Below are positions 40,550 through 50,044 of a stretch of 64,000 nt of DNA, piece by piece. Source of the DNA: a virus (Duplodnaviria > Caudoviricetes); the IMG/VR virus record IMGVR_UViG_3300029288_004137, positions 1-64,000 of that record; one strand, written 5' to 3'. A model generated the notes under the pieces. That model had not been told where the DNA came from and did not search any database. It worked only from the letters and a program-made list of their open reading frames with translations. Numbering within the stretch: the stretch's first letter is position 1; each line of letters starts with the position of its first letter. The position numbers and the translations under genes were made by a program.

Positions 40550-41083
40550 ATGGACTTTTTGATAAATTGGGTATGTGTGTTTTTTCTTTTCCTTTCTGAT
40601 TGGCATGGTGTATGTTATATAAATTCTAATTCAAAAATCTGTAAAAATATTGATATACCAACTATCTTTCAATATACATCAATTATATTAAAAGAAACAA
40701 ATATTTATAATGATATAAATCCATTAGTAGTAGCTGCAATAATTTGGCATGAAAGCCATTTGAATCCAAAAGCGATTGGTCCTAATAAAAAAGACATAGG
40801 ACTTATGCAAATCTCTTATATTTGGGTTAAAGAAACAAAAAATGATTTAAAAAATCCTGAAATAAATATAAAAGTTGGTATATCAATATTAAATTATTGG
40901 AAAAATGAAAGAACAAAATCACATTCAAAAAACTACTTAGCACATTATGCAGCAGGTAATTCCCCAGAAAAAAAACATTTTCTTTTTCAAAAAAAAATTA
41001 TTAATAAAGCAAAAAAATTTAATATAAAAGAACAAATTTATGTCAATGTTAACAAACTTAGAAAAAAGAACCCAAGAAATTAA
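40550..41083 (+). CDS. lytic transglycosylase (SLT)
   Basis: AAIIWHES.LNPKA..GLMQI..NPEINI..G. Confidence 0.85.
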   Translation: MDFLINWVCVFFLFLSDWHGVCYINSNSKICKNIDIPTIFQYTSIILKETNIYNDINPLVVAAIIWHESHLNPKAIGPNKKDIGLMQISYIWVKETKNDLKNPEINIKVGISILNYWKNERTKSHSKNYLAHYAAGNSPEKKHFLFQKKIINKAKKFNIKEQIYVNVNKLRKKNPRN

Positions 41084-41378
41084 TCTAGCTACAAAATTGC
41101 TTGATTGTATTTATACAAATGATACAAAAAACTTCTCAGAACTCATAGAAGACAATATAGAAATTATTAAAAAAAATCTTTATTTTGAAGTCTTTTCAAA
41201 ATGTTTAAAACTTTCATTTCTTCTTGAAAAAACAGAAATATTATATATATTTATGAAATATAATATAAAAGAATTTTTCCATAAATATCCACATCAAAAA
41301 AAAATGATTGGAGACGCTGCTTTTAAAACAAAAAATACAGAATGTATATATATTTTTTTATCTATGTTCTTTGGTTAA
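41040..41378 (+). CDS. hypothetical protein
   Basis: ORF. Confidence 0.5.
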   Translation: MSMLTNLEKRTQEINLATKLLDCIYTNDTKNFSELIEDNIEIIKKNLYFEVFSKCLKLSFLLEKTEILYIFMKYNIKEFFHKYPHQKKMIGDAAFKTKNTECIYIFLSMFFG

Positions 41379-41387
41379 AAAAAAATC

Positions 41388-41416
41388 TTGACTTTTTCCC
41401 AAAATAATGATATTCT
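41388..41416 (+). promoter_or_regulatory. sigma70 promoter for the vWA gene and ankyrin array
   Basis: TTGACT-17-TATTCT. Confidence 0.65.
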
Positions 41417-41445
41417 ATTAACAGACAAACAAAAAAAGTGTAAAA

Positions 41446-42915
41446 ATGAAAAATATTAAAAAAGAATCAAATTTTATTCTTGATGATCATATTGCTTCTG
41501 CTTTAAAAGATGAAGAATTCTTTAGATGTCTATCTTTAAGAATTAACAAAAGAATTGATTATACAATCCCCACTGCTGGAGTGAGAATTGATAAGAGAAC
41601 AATGAACTTTGTTCTTGCATACAATCCGCTTTTTCTAGAATTATTAACTCAAGAAGAAGTTAGAGCAGTCCTTTCTCATGAATTTCTTCATATTTCTCTT
41701 GGACATGTTACTAAAGAAATAGTACATGAAAAAACACGTAATAATTTTATTGCTTTACATCATAAAAGAAATATAGCATTTGACTTATCAATAAATACAC
41801 ATTTGAAAAATTTTCCAGAAACAATAAAAATCCCAGATGCTAATGGAAAAGAAAAAATTGGATATAGTTGCATTCCTGGAAAAAATCAATATATTGATCT
41901 CCCTAAAAATTTAACATCAGATCAATATTTTTCTCTCCTACCTGATCCAGTTTGCATTTTTTCAAAATTGTTAAAAAATGCAGACAAGAATGGTCAGAAT
42001 GATCAAAGTGGTGAGAATGGCGAAAATAATCAAAATGGTAAAGGTAGTGAAGGTAGTGAAGGTAGTGAAGGTAGTGAAGGTAGTGAAGGTAGTGAAGGTA
42101 GTGAAGGTAGTGAAGGTAGTGAAGGCAGTGAAGGCAAAGACTCTCAGGGTTCTTCTGGAGATGATAAAGCACCTGCCTGTATTGGATGTGGAACTTGTTG
42201 TAATCAGGTTGGAGATCATGATTGGGGTGATTTGACTCAAGAAGAAAAAGAAATTCTTGAGAACAGAAGACTTCAAATTATTAGAAAAGCTGTGCAAGAT
42301 TCTAATTATAGATGGGGGACAATACCCAAAGAAGTCAGTGAAGAAATAATTAAACAAATTTCTAACAAAATTAACTGGAGATCTTTATTAAGATATTTTG
42401 TTAAATGTAATAGAAAAGCAGATAAAATTTCTTCTATTAAATCAATAAATAAAAGATTTCCGTATATTCATGCTGGAAAGAAAAGAACAAGAATGGCGAA
42501 TATTGCTGTTTCATTTGATGAATCTGGATCTGTAGATGATGAAATGTTGTCATTGTTTGCAGCAGAATTATCAAAACTTGTTCAAATAGCGTCATTTACT
42601 CTTATTCCATTTGACTATACAGTAGATGAAGAGAATATTTCTGTGTGGAAAAAGAATGATAAGTTCGAATTAAAAAGAACAAGGTCAGGTGGTACAAATT
42701 TTGATGCACCAACAGTTTATGTTAATGAACATAGAGAATTTGACGCTCATATAATTTTAACAGATTTAGAAGCTCCACAACCAACATTTTCAAAAGTACC
42801 TAGATTGTGGATAACTGATTCTGATCATGCAGAATCCCCTTATTTTAAACCTGAAAAAGAAAAGTTAATCGTAATAGAAAAAGATAAATGTATACAAATC
42901 TCTTTGAAGCAGTAA
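41446..42915 (+). CDS. DUF2201-type metallopeptidase plus vWA-like protein (MoxR partner)
   Basis: PTAGV, HEFLH, NIAFD.SIN; DESGS, GGTNF, LTD. Confidence 0.88.
   Translation: MKNIKKESNFILDDHIASALKDEEFFRCLSLRINKRIDYTIPTAGVRIDKRTMNFVLAYNPLFLELLTQEEVRAVLSHEFLHISLGHVTKEIVHEKTRNNFIALHHKRNIAFDLSINTHLKNFPETIKIPDANGKEKIGYSCIPGKNQYIDLPKNLTSDQYFSLLPDPVCIFSKLLKNADKNGQNDQSGENGENNQNGKGSEGSEGSEGSEGSEGSEGSEGSEGSEGSEGKDSQGSSGDDKAPACIGCGTCCNQVGDHDWGDLTQEEKEILENRRLQIIRKAVQDSNYRWGTIPKEVSEEIIKQISNKINWRSLLRYFVKCNRKADKISSIKSINKRFPYIHAGKKRTRMANIAVSFDESGSVDDEMLSLFAAELSKLVQIASFTLIPFDYTVDEENISVWKKNDKFELKRTRSGGTNFDAPTVYVNEHREFDAHIILTDLEAPQPTFSKVPRLWITDSDHAESPYFKPEKEKLIVIEKDKCIQISLKQ
42043..42132 (+). repeat. in-frame 9-bp tandem repeat (GGTAGTGAA)x10 encoding (GSE)10
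   Basis: Direct reading; last unit is GGC. Confidence 0.95.
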
Positions 42916-43142
42916 GGAATAACGACCTTCAACAAGTTAAAAGATCCATTGAAAATAATACTGATATTCATGCTGCTAATGATTATGCTTTAAGCTGGGC
43001 AGCATATTTCGAACATTTTGATATTGCTAAATATTTAATTTCTTGTTATTCTAATATAGAATTAAAAAAAATATTTTCTCAATTCAATAATTTTTATGTT
43101 AAATCCTTAATCTTGGAAAGGTTATATAATGGATCTCAATGA
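42888..43142 (+). CDS. ankyrin cassette
   Basis: N-cap, one repeat, LILERLYN tail. Confidence 0.85.
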   Translation: MYTNLFEAVRNNDLQQVKRSIENNTDIHAANDYALSWAAYFEHFDIAKYLISCYSNIELKKIFSQFNNFYVKSLILERLYNGSQ

Positions 43143-43680
43143 TAAAATTAGAAATGATAATCTCAATCTTTTTGATGCAGTTGAAAATAACAATCTCCAG
43201 AAAGTTAAAGAACTTGTTGAACTTGGTGCAGATATTCATGCTGATGATGATTGGTCTTTAAGACATGCAGCAGAACATGGTTATTTTTATATTATTAAAT
43301 ATCTTATTGATCTTGGTGCTGATATTCATACCAATAATGATTGGCCTTTAAGATATGCAGCAGAATTTGGTCGTCTTGATATTGTAAAATATTTAGTTGA
43401 ACATGGTGCTGATATTCATGCTTTTGATAATTGGACTTTAATATGGACAGCACAAAAAGGTTATTTCGATGTTGTCAAATATCTCATTGAACATGGTGCT
43501 GATATTCATATAGATAATGATTATCTTTTACGATGGATAGCAAAACATGGACATCTTGATGTTGTTAAATATTTAATTCCTTTATATAAAAAATCAGAAT
43601 TAAAAAATTTTTTTTCTCGAATTGATAGTTTTTATGTTAAATTTCTAATCTTAGAAAGGTTATATAATGACTCTTATTGA
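43129..43680 (+). CDS. ankyrin cassette
   Basis: About four repeats plus tail. Confidence 0.9.
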   Translation: MDLNDKIRNDNLNLFDAVENNNLQKVKELVELGADIHADDDWSLRHAAEHGYFYIIKYLIDLGADIHTNNDWPLRYAAEFGRLDIVKYLVEHGADIHAFDNWTLIWTAQKGYFDVVKYLIEHGADIHIDNDYLLRWIAKHGHLDVVKYLIPLYKKSELKNFFSRIDSFYVKFLILERLYNDSY

Positions 43681-44005
43681 TGCAATTAGTATAAACGACC
43701 TTCAACAAGTTAAAGAATGCATTGAAAATGGTGCTGATATTCATGCTCATGATGAGTATGCTTTAAAATATGCAGCAATGTATGGTTATTTGAATATTGT
43801 TAAATATCTTGTTGAGCATGGTGCTGATATTTATGCTCTTGATAATTATACTTTAAAATGGGCAACATATTTTGAACATTTTGATGTTATCAAATATTTA
43901 ATTTCTTTATATAATAAAGAAGAATTGAGAAAATATTTTTCTCAATTCAATTTTTTTTATATTAAATACTTAATCTTGGAAAGGTTATATGATAAGCCTC
44001 AATGA
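43667..44005 (+). CDS. ankyrin cassette
   Basis: About two repeats plus tail. Confidence 0.9.
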   Translation: MTLIDAISINDLQQVKECIENGADIHAHDEYALKYAAMYGYLNIVKYLVEHGADIYALDNYTLKWATYFEHFDVIKYLISLYNKEELRKYFSQFNFFYIKYLILERLYDKPQ

Positions 44006-44534
44006 AGCAGTTAGAAATAACGATCTTCAACAAGTTAAACGCATTGTTGATAGATACATTGTTGGTAATTTTTTGAATCGTAAAGATTTTTTTAATCAAA
44101 AAGATGAAGCTTTAATAATTGCATCAGATAATGGATATTTGGATATTGTTAAATATTTAGCTGAGCATAATGCTGATATCCATGCACATGATGATATTGC
44201 TTTACGGTGGGCAGTAGAAGGAAGTCATTTTGATGTTGTTAAATATCTGGTTGAACAAGGAATTAACATCCATCGAGATTGTGATGATATTATAACAAGT
44301 GCGGCAGGTCAAAAAAATCTTGAAATTCTCAAATATTTGGTTGAACATGGTGTTAATATTCACGCTTCTAATGATTATGCTATAGAGTATGCAGTAGAAA
44401 ATGATAGATTAGATAATTTTAAATATTTAATTTCTTTATTCACAAAAACAGAATTAATAAAATTACTCCTTCAATATAAAGGACTCTATATTAATTTTTT
44501 AATCTTGGAAAGGTTATATAATGGATCTTATTGA
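43989..44534 (+). CDS. ankyrin cassette
   Basis: About four repeats plus tail. Confidence 0.9.
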   Translation: MISLNEAVRNNDLQQVKRIVDRYIVGNFLNRKDFFNQKDEALIIASDNGYLDIVKYLAEHNADIHAHDDIALRWAVEGSHFDVVKYLVEQGINIHRDCDDIITSAAGQKNLEILKYLVEHGVNIHASNDYAIEYAVENDRLDNFKYLISLFTKTELIKLLLQYKGLYINFLILERLYNGSY

Positions 44535-44802
44535 TGCAGTAAGAAATAATAATTTTCAACAAATTAAATATCTTGTTGAGCATGGTGCTGATATTCGTAT
44601 TTGGAATGATTATCCTTTACGAATTGCATTAGATTATGATCATTTTGATATTGTTAAATATTTAATTTCTTATTATTCTGATACGGAATTAAAAACATTA
44701 TTTTCTTATTATTCTGAGATGGAATTAAAAAAATTAATTTCTCAAAGAAATAGTTTTTATGTTAAATTTTTAATCTTGGAAAGATTTTATGAAAAAAAAT
44801 GA
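44521..44802 (+). CDS. ankyrin cassette with duplicated tail segment
   Basis: SYYSDTELK / SYYSEMELK duplication. Confidence 0.85.
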   Translation: MDLIDAVRNNNFQQIKYLVEHGADIRIWNDYPLRIALDYDHFDIVKYLISYYSDTELKTLFSYYSEMELKKLISQRNSFYVKFLILERFYEKK

Positions 44803-45034
44803 TTTAATAATGATTAGCTTTAAACAATCTATTGGTCTTGGTCTTGCTGGTGTTTTTGCTTCAAATATAAAAAATACATCATCGCTTTTGATATCAAAAC
44901 CTAGGTATGTTATTTTTCTTCATATTGACAAAGGTACAATAAACAGAATAAAATATTTATATTTCTTTGATATTTTAACAAAAGAAAATTTTAAAATACC
45001 ACTTTATAAATCATTATTAATAAGGAAAAAATAA
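44789..45034 (+). CDS. non-ankyrin hypothetical inserted in the array
   Basis: Starts in the conserved junction. Confidence 0.5.
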   Translation: MKKNDLIMISFKQSIGLGLAGVFASNIKNTSSLLISKPRYVIFLHIDKGTINRIKYLYFFDILTKENFKIPLYKSLLIRKK

Positions 45035-45274
45035 ATGTATACAAGTCTTATGACCTATGGTTCTACAAAAAAAGAAGTACTCGATCTTCTTTTAAAACAA
45101 ATACCAAATTTATACGCAGAAATATCTATTAATCTTTTATGCCTTCAAGATCCACGAGCAACCCATTTGTCAGATTATGAAACAAGTTTGCGAAACAATT
45201 CACAAGTCACTTGGAAAGCTTCTTTAGATTATATTTATGAATTCTCAAAAGAAGAAAATAATGATAAATCATAA
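45035..45274 (+). CDS. non-ankyrin hypothetical inserted in the array
   Basis: SD AAGGA; followed by an orphan junction. Confidence 0.6.
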   Translation: MYTSLMTYGSTKKEVLDLLLKQIPNLYAEISINLLCLQDPRATHLSDYETSLRNNSQVTWKASLDYIYEFSKEENNDKS

Positions 45275-45335
45275 TCTAAACAATCTTCAATAAATAAATT
45301 TTATATCAAATGCTTAATCTTAGAAAGGTTATATA

Positions 45336-45596
45336 ATGAATCTCATTGAAGCAGTTGAAAATAATAATTTTCAGCAAGTTAAAGAATACATTAAATATGG
45401 CGCTGATATTCATATTGATAACAATTATGCTTTACGATATGCAGCACTAAATGGTTATATTAATATTGTTAAATATCTTATTAAATATGGTGCTGATATT
45501 CATGCTATTAATGATAATACCATAAATTGGATAACAGAATTTGGTCATTTTGATATTGTCAAATATTTTATTACTTTATATTCTGATACAGAATAA
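45336..45596 (+). pseudogene. ankyrin cassette with premature stop (TTA>TAA in ELK)
   Basis: GAA TAA AAA where paralogs have GAA TTA AAA; tail sequence retained to about 45660. Confidence 0.75.
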
Positions 45597-45660
45597 AAAG
45601 AATTAATTTTTAAACTTAATTCTTTTTATGTTAAATGCTTGATCTTAGAAAGGTTATATA

Positions 45661-46089
45661 ATGAATCTCATTGATGCAGTTGATAATAATGATATTCAAC
45701 AAGTTCAACATTTTGTTGAACAAGGTGATGATATTCATATTTATAATGATCTTGCTTTACGATTAGCAGCATTAAATGGTCATTTTGAAATTGTTAAATA
45801 TTGTATTGAAAATGGTGCTGATATTCATGCCGCTTATGATAATGCTTTACGAGGATCAGCAAAAAATGGACATTTTGATGTTGTTAAATATTGTATTGAA
45901 AATGGTGCTGATATTCTTGCTATTGATCATTATATAATGAGCATAGCTGTTAATAAAAATTATTTTGATGTTGTTAAATATTTAATTCCTTTATATCCAA
46001 TATCAGAATTAAAAGAATTGTTTTCTGAAATTGATAATTTCTATATCAAATTCTTAATCTTAGAAAGGATATTTAATGAATCTCAATGA
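45661..46089 (+). CDS. ankyrin cassette
   Basis: About three repeats plus tail. Confidence 0.9.
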   Translation: MNLIDAVDNNDIQQVQHFVEQGDDIHIYNDLALRLAALNGHFEIVKYCIENGADIHAAYDNALRGSAKNGHFDVVKYCIENGADILAIDHYIMSIAVNKNYFDVVKYLIPLYPISELKELFSEIDNFYIKFLILERIFNESQ

Positions 46090-46864
46090 AGCAATTATAA
46101 ATAACAATTTCCAGCAAGTTAAAGAATGTATTGAACATGGTGCTGATATCCATGCTCAAGATGAATATGCTTTAAAATATACAGCAATGTATGGTCATCT
46201 TGATATTGTTAAATATCTTGTTGAACTTGGTGCTGATATCCATGTTCAAGATAATCTTCCTTTAAGATACGCAGCAGAAAATGGACATCTTGATATTGTT
46301 AAATATCTGGTTGATCTTGGTGCTGATATTCATGCTCTTGACAATAGTGCTTTAAGATATGCAGCACCAAAAGGCCATTTTGAAATTGTTAAATATTTGG
46401 TTGACCTTGGTGCTGATATTCATGCTCAAGATGAATATGCTTTAAAATATACAGCAATGTATGGTTATTTGAATATTGTTAAATATCTGGTTGAACTTGG
46501 TGCTGATATTCATATTCAAAATGATATTACTTTAAGATATGCAGCGGAATTTGGATGGCTTAATATTGTTAAATATCTGGTTGAACTTGGTGCTAATATT
46601 TATGCTGCTGATGATTGTGCTTTACGATGGGCAGCAAAAAATGGACATCTTGATGTTGTTAAATATCTGGTTGATCTTGGCGCTAATATTCATGCTCAAA
46701 ACGATTATCCTTTACAATGGGCAGCAGGATTTGATCATTTTAATGTTGTTAAATATTTAATTCCTTTATATAAAAAATCAGAATTAAAAAAATTGTTTCC
46801 TTATATTGATAACTTCTATGCTAAATTCTTAATCTTGGAAAGATTATATAATGCAACTCAATGA
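46076..46864 (+). CDS. ankyrin cassette (longest)
   Basis: About seven repeats plus tail. Confidence 0.92.
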   Translation: MNLNEAIINNNFQQVKECIEHGADIHAQDEYALKYTAMYGHLDIVKYLVELGADIHVQDNLPLRYAAENGHLDIVKYLVDLGADIHALDNSALRYAAPKGHFEIVKYLVDLGADIHAQDEYALKYTAMYGYLNIVKYLVELGADIHIQNDITLRYAAEFGWLNIVKYLVELGANIYAADDCALRWAAKNGHLDVVKYLVDLGANIHAQNDYPLQWAAGFDHFNVVKYLIPLYKKSELKKLFPYIDNFYAKFLILERLYNATQ

Positions 46865-47378
46865 AGTGGTTGATAATAATGATTTTCAACAAATTAAAGA
46901 ATGTATTGAAAATGGTGCTGATATTCATTTTTGGAATGATTATGCTTTAAGAAGAACAGTAGAATATGGTCGTCTTGATGTTGTTAAATATTGTATTGAA
47001 CATAATGCTGACATTCATGTTTTAAGTGATCTTCCTTTACGATTAGCAGCATTAAATGGACATCTTGATATTGTTAAATATCTGGTTGAACATGGTGCTG
47101 ATATTCATATTTGGACTGATTGCCCTTTACGATTAGCAGCAGAATGTGGTTGTCTTGATGTTGTTAAATATTTTATTGAACTTGGTGCTGATATTCATGT
47201 TATTAATGATTACGCTTTAAGATATACAGTATATAATGAACATTTTGATGTTACTAAATACTTAATTTCTTTCTATTCTGATATAGAATTAAAAAAAATA
47301 TTTTCGCAGATCGATAATTTTTATATTAAATACTTAATTTTGGAAAGGTTATTTAATGAATCTCATAGATGCAGTTAA
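46851..47378 (+). CDS. ankyrin cassette
   Basis: About four repeats plus tail. Confidence 0.9.
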   Translation: MQLNEVVDNNDFQQIKECIENGADIHFWNDYALRRTVEYGRLDVVKYCIEHNADIHVLSDLPLRLAALNGHLDIVKYLVEHGADIHIWTDCPLRLAAECGCLDVVKYFIELGADIHVINDYALRYTVYNEHFDVTKYLISFYSDIELKKIFSQIDNFYIKYLILERLFNESHRCS

Positions 47379-47850
47379 TAATAATGATCTTCAACAAGTT
47401 AAATGTCTTGTTGAAAATGGTGCTGATATTCATGCTCAAGGTGATTGTGCTTTATGTCTTGCAGCAGAATATAGTCATCTTGATATTGTTAAATATCTTA
47501 TTGAACATGGTGCTGATATTCATGCAAATGCAGAACATGGACATCTTGATATGGTTAAATATCTTATTGAACATGGTGCTGATATTTATACTCTTAATGA
47601 TTGGCCTTTAAGATGGGCAGTAGAATATGGACATTTTGATGTTGTTAAATATTTGATTGAACATGGCGCTAATATTCGTATTTGGAATGATTATCCTTTA
47701 CGAATGGCATTAGATTATGATCATTTTGATATGGTAAAATATTTACTTTCTTATTATCCTGATACGGAATTAAAAAAATTGTTTTCTAAAACTGATAGTT
47801 TCTATGTTAAATTTCTAATCTTAGAAAGATTATACAATGAGTCTCATTGA
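47356..47850 (+). CDS. ankyrin cassette
   Basis: About four repeats (one internally deleted) plus tail. Confidence 0.9.
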   Translation: MNLIDAVNNNDLQQVKCLVENGADIHAQGDCALCLAAEYSHLDIVKYLIEHGADIHANAEHGHLDMVKYLIEHGADIYTLNDWPLRWAVEYGHFDVVKYLIEHGANIRIWNDYPLRMALDYDHFDMVKYLLSYYPDTELKKLFSKTDSFYVKFLILERLYNESH

Positions 47851-48184
47851 TGCAGTTTATAATAATGATCTTCAACAAGTTAAATGTCTTGTTGAAAATG
47901 GTGTTAATATTCATGTTGACAATGATATATCTTTAAGACATTCAGCACGACATGGTTATATTGATATTGTAAAATATCTTGTTGAGCATGGTGCTAATAT
48001 TCATACCGATAATGATGAGCCTTTATATTTTGCAGTATATTACAATCATTTTGATATTATCAAATATTTAATTTCTTTATATTCAATATCAGAATTAAAA
48101 GAATTAATTTTTAAATTTGATTCTTTTTATGTTAAATTCTTAATCTTAGAAAGGTTATATAATGAATCTTATAGATGCAGTTAA
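47837..48184 (+). CDS. ankyrin cassette
   Basis: About two repeats plus tail. Confidence 0.9.
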   Translation: MSLIDAVYNNDLQQVKCLVENGVNIHVDNDISLRHSARHGYIDIVKYLVEHGANIHTDNDEPLYFAVYYNHFDIIKYLISLYSISELKELIFKFDSFYVKFLILERLYNESYRCS

Positions 48185-48689
48185 TAACAATGATCTTCAA
48201 CAAATTAAATGTCTGGCTGAAAATGGTGCTGATATTCATTGTGAAAATGATTATGCTTTAAGAAGTGCAGCATATCTTGGACATCTTGATATTGTTAAAT
48301 ATCTGATTGAACATGGCGCTAATATTCACGTTCAAGATGAACTTCCTTTAAGATTTGCAGCATGTAATAATTATTTTGATATGGTTAAATATCTGGTTGA
48401 GCATAACGCTAATATTCACGTTCTTGATGATTATCCTTTACATTGGACAACAAAAAATGGATATTTTGATATTACTAAATATCTGATTGAACATGGTGCT
48501 AATATTTATGCTGAAAATGATAAAGCTTTAAAATGGGCAGCAGAATTTGGACATTTTGATATTGCTAAATATTTAATCTCTTGTTATAAAGAATCAGAAT
48601 TAAAAAAATTGTTTTCTAAAACTGATAGTTTCTATGTTAAATTCTTAATTTTAGAAAGGTTATATAATGAATCTCATAGATGCAGTTGA
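48162..48689 (+). CDS. ankyrin cassette
   Basis: About four repeats plus tail. Confidence 0.9.
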   Translation: MNLIDAVNNNDLQQIKCLAENGADIHCENDYALRSAAYLGHLDIVKYLIEHGANIHVQDELPLRFAACNNYFDMVKYLVEHNANIHVLDDYPLHWTTKNGYFDITKYLIEHGANIYAENDKALKWAAEFGHFDIAKYLISCYKESELKKLFSKTDSFYVKFLILERLYNESHRCS

Positions 48690-49014
48690 TAATAATGATC
48701 TTCAACAAGTTAAATGTTTGGTTGAAAATGATGCTGATATTCATGTTTATTATGAAGAACCTTTACGATTGGCAGTATATAATAATTATTTTGATATTGT
48801 TAAATATCTGGTTGAGCACGGCGCTAATATTCGTGCCAGTTGTGATTGGCCATTAAAATGGGCGTTTCAGTATGGTTATTTTAATATTGTTAAATATTTG
48901 ATTTCTTGTTATAAAAAATTTGAATTAAAAGAATTGTTTTCTGAAATCAATAGTTTTTATATTAAATACTTAATATTAGAAAGGTTATATAATGAATCTT
49001 TATGTTGCAATTAA
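48667..49014 (+). CDS. ankyrin cassette
   Basis: About two repeats plus tail. Confidence 0.9.
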   Translation: MNLIDAVDNNDLQQVKCLVENDADIHVYYEEPLRLAVYNNYFDIVKYLVEHGANIRASCDWPLKWAFQYGYFNIVKYLISCYKKFELKELFSEINSFYIKYLILERLYNESLCCN

Positions 49015-49333
49015 AAAAAACGATCTTCAAAATGTTAAAAAATATCTTAAAGAAGAAAATGAAAATAATTATAATTTAATTCTACGATATGCAATATTAT
49101 ATGGTAATCTTGGTATTATTAAATATCTGATTGAAAATGGTGCCAATATTCATACTAGTATTGATTATCCTTTAAGACATGCAGCAAAACGTGGTTATTT
49201 TGATGTTGTTAAATATTTGATTTCTTGTTATTCCGATATAGAATTAAAAACATTATTATTTGAAGTTGATAACTTCTATGTTAAATTCTTAATTTTAGAA
49301 TTTTTTCAGAAAAAATTTTCAAAAAATATTTGA
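48992..49333 (+). CDS. ankyrin cassette (last of array)
   Basis: About two repeats; tail diverges after LILE and the AAAGG SD is lost. Confidence 0.88.
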   Translation: MNLYVAIKKNDLQNVKKYLKEENENNYNLILRYAILYGNLGIIKYLIENGANIHTSIDYPLRHAAKRGYFDVVKYLISCYSDIELKTLLFEVDNFYVKFLILEFFQKKFSKNI

Positions 49334-49387
49334 TTTTGTCTTAAATTTCAGAAAAAATTGTCGGAAGAATAAAAGTGTGTATAGTTC

Positions 49388-49627
49388 TGCAAAATACGTG
49401 CCAACCGTCTAGGTGTACCTAGTACCGGGGGGGTGTCTCATTATACCACATTGCTTTTCACTTGTCAAGAAAAATCGACATGGCATAGTTATTGCATATT
49501 GCTTTTTATTGTCATTGTTCCTTCACTGTTTATGCTCTAAGCATACCATACCTCGAAATGATTGTCAAGAAAAATCGACATGGCATGGTGATTGCATACT
49601 GAAGATGTATATGCAATCACCGTGCCA
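49388..49627. promoter_or_regulatory. four sigma54 -24/-12 consensus boxes
   Basis: 49388-49403(-) TGGCACGTATTTTGCA; 49481-49496(+) TGGCATAGTTATTGCA; 49581-49596(+) TGGCATGGTGATTGCA; 49612-49627(-) TGGCACGGTGATTGCA. Confidence 0.75.
49440..49468 (-). promoter_or_regulatory. perfect sigma70 promoter firing toward the end of the ankyrin array
   Basis: TTGACA-17-TATAAT with TGn extension. Confidence 0.8.
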
Positions 49628-49632
49628 ATCAT

Positions 49633-49962
49633 TTACGCATTCAATCGCTTATTGATAAGCGTATTGATATCATTTACAAAGGTATCTAATTCCTCTTTGA
49701 TATTATCAAAGAGCTCTTCAATCCTTTCCAGTTCTTCGTTTGCTTCTCTGATTTCACAGGAAGCAAAGTCAATCAATTCCAATGTCGCAGGATCATCATT
49801 CAATATCTTTTCTCGAAGCTCTTCGCATACTTCCTCTTTATCTTCTTCAAGCTTCTCGACATAAGCACATTGTTCGTCAACCTTTTTGGCAAGGCAATCT
49901 CTTTCGTTGGTAAGCTGATTGATTCTTTCCATTGCGGATTCAAGTGTAAAGGTCTTTTTCAT
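49633..49962 (-). CDS. acidic coiled-coil protein
   Basis: ORF with promoter at 49992-50020 and GAGGG SD. Confidence 0.75.
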   Translation of the reverse strand: MKKTFTLESAMERINQLTNERDCLAKKVDEQCAYVEKLEEDKEEVCEELREKILNDDPATLELIDFASCEIREANEELERIEELFDNIKEELDTFVNDINTLINKRLNA

Positions 49963-50044
49963 TGCTTTGTTCCCTCACTGTTTATGCTCTAAGCATACCA
50001 TACCTCGAAACGATTGTCAAGAAAAAAACAACTGGAAATCTAAT

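Noticed and set aside
41903-42357. ORFs with HYL, TTF or VVK repeats
   Set aside because: Alternative frames of the 9-bp GSE repeat
45594-45596. Stop-codon recoding
   Set aside because: Isolated TTA>TAA (and GAG>TAG at 54881); other genes are intact in code 11 and no suppressor tRNA was seen
35327-49333. Eukaryotic giant-virus origin of the contig
   Set aside because: Sigma70 promoters, SD sites, overlapping operons and bacterial-type tRNAs indicate a bacteriophage
36839-49333. Tail as SOCS box/F-box, or a classical DGR
   Set aside because: No LxxLC or LP consensus; no RT in the window, and variation is not visibly adenine-restricted
49413-49864. Plus-strand ORFs 49413 and 49592
   Set aside because: They run through promoter repeats or antisense to 49633; no SD
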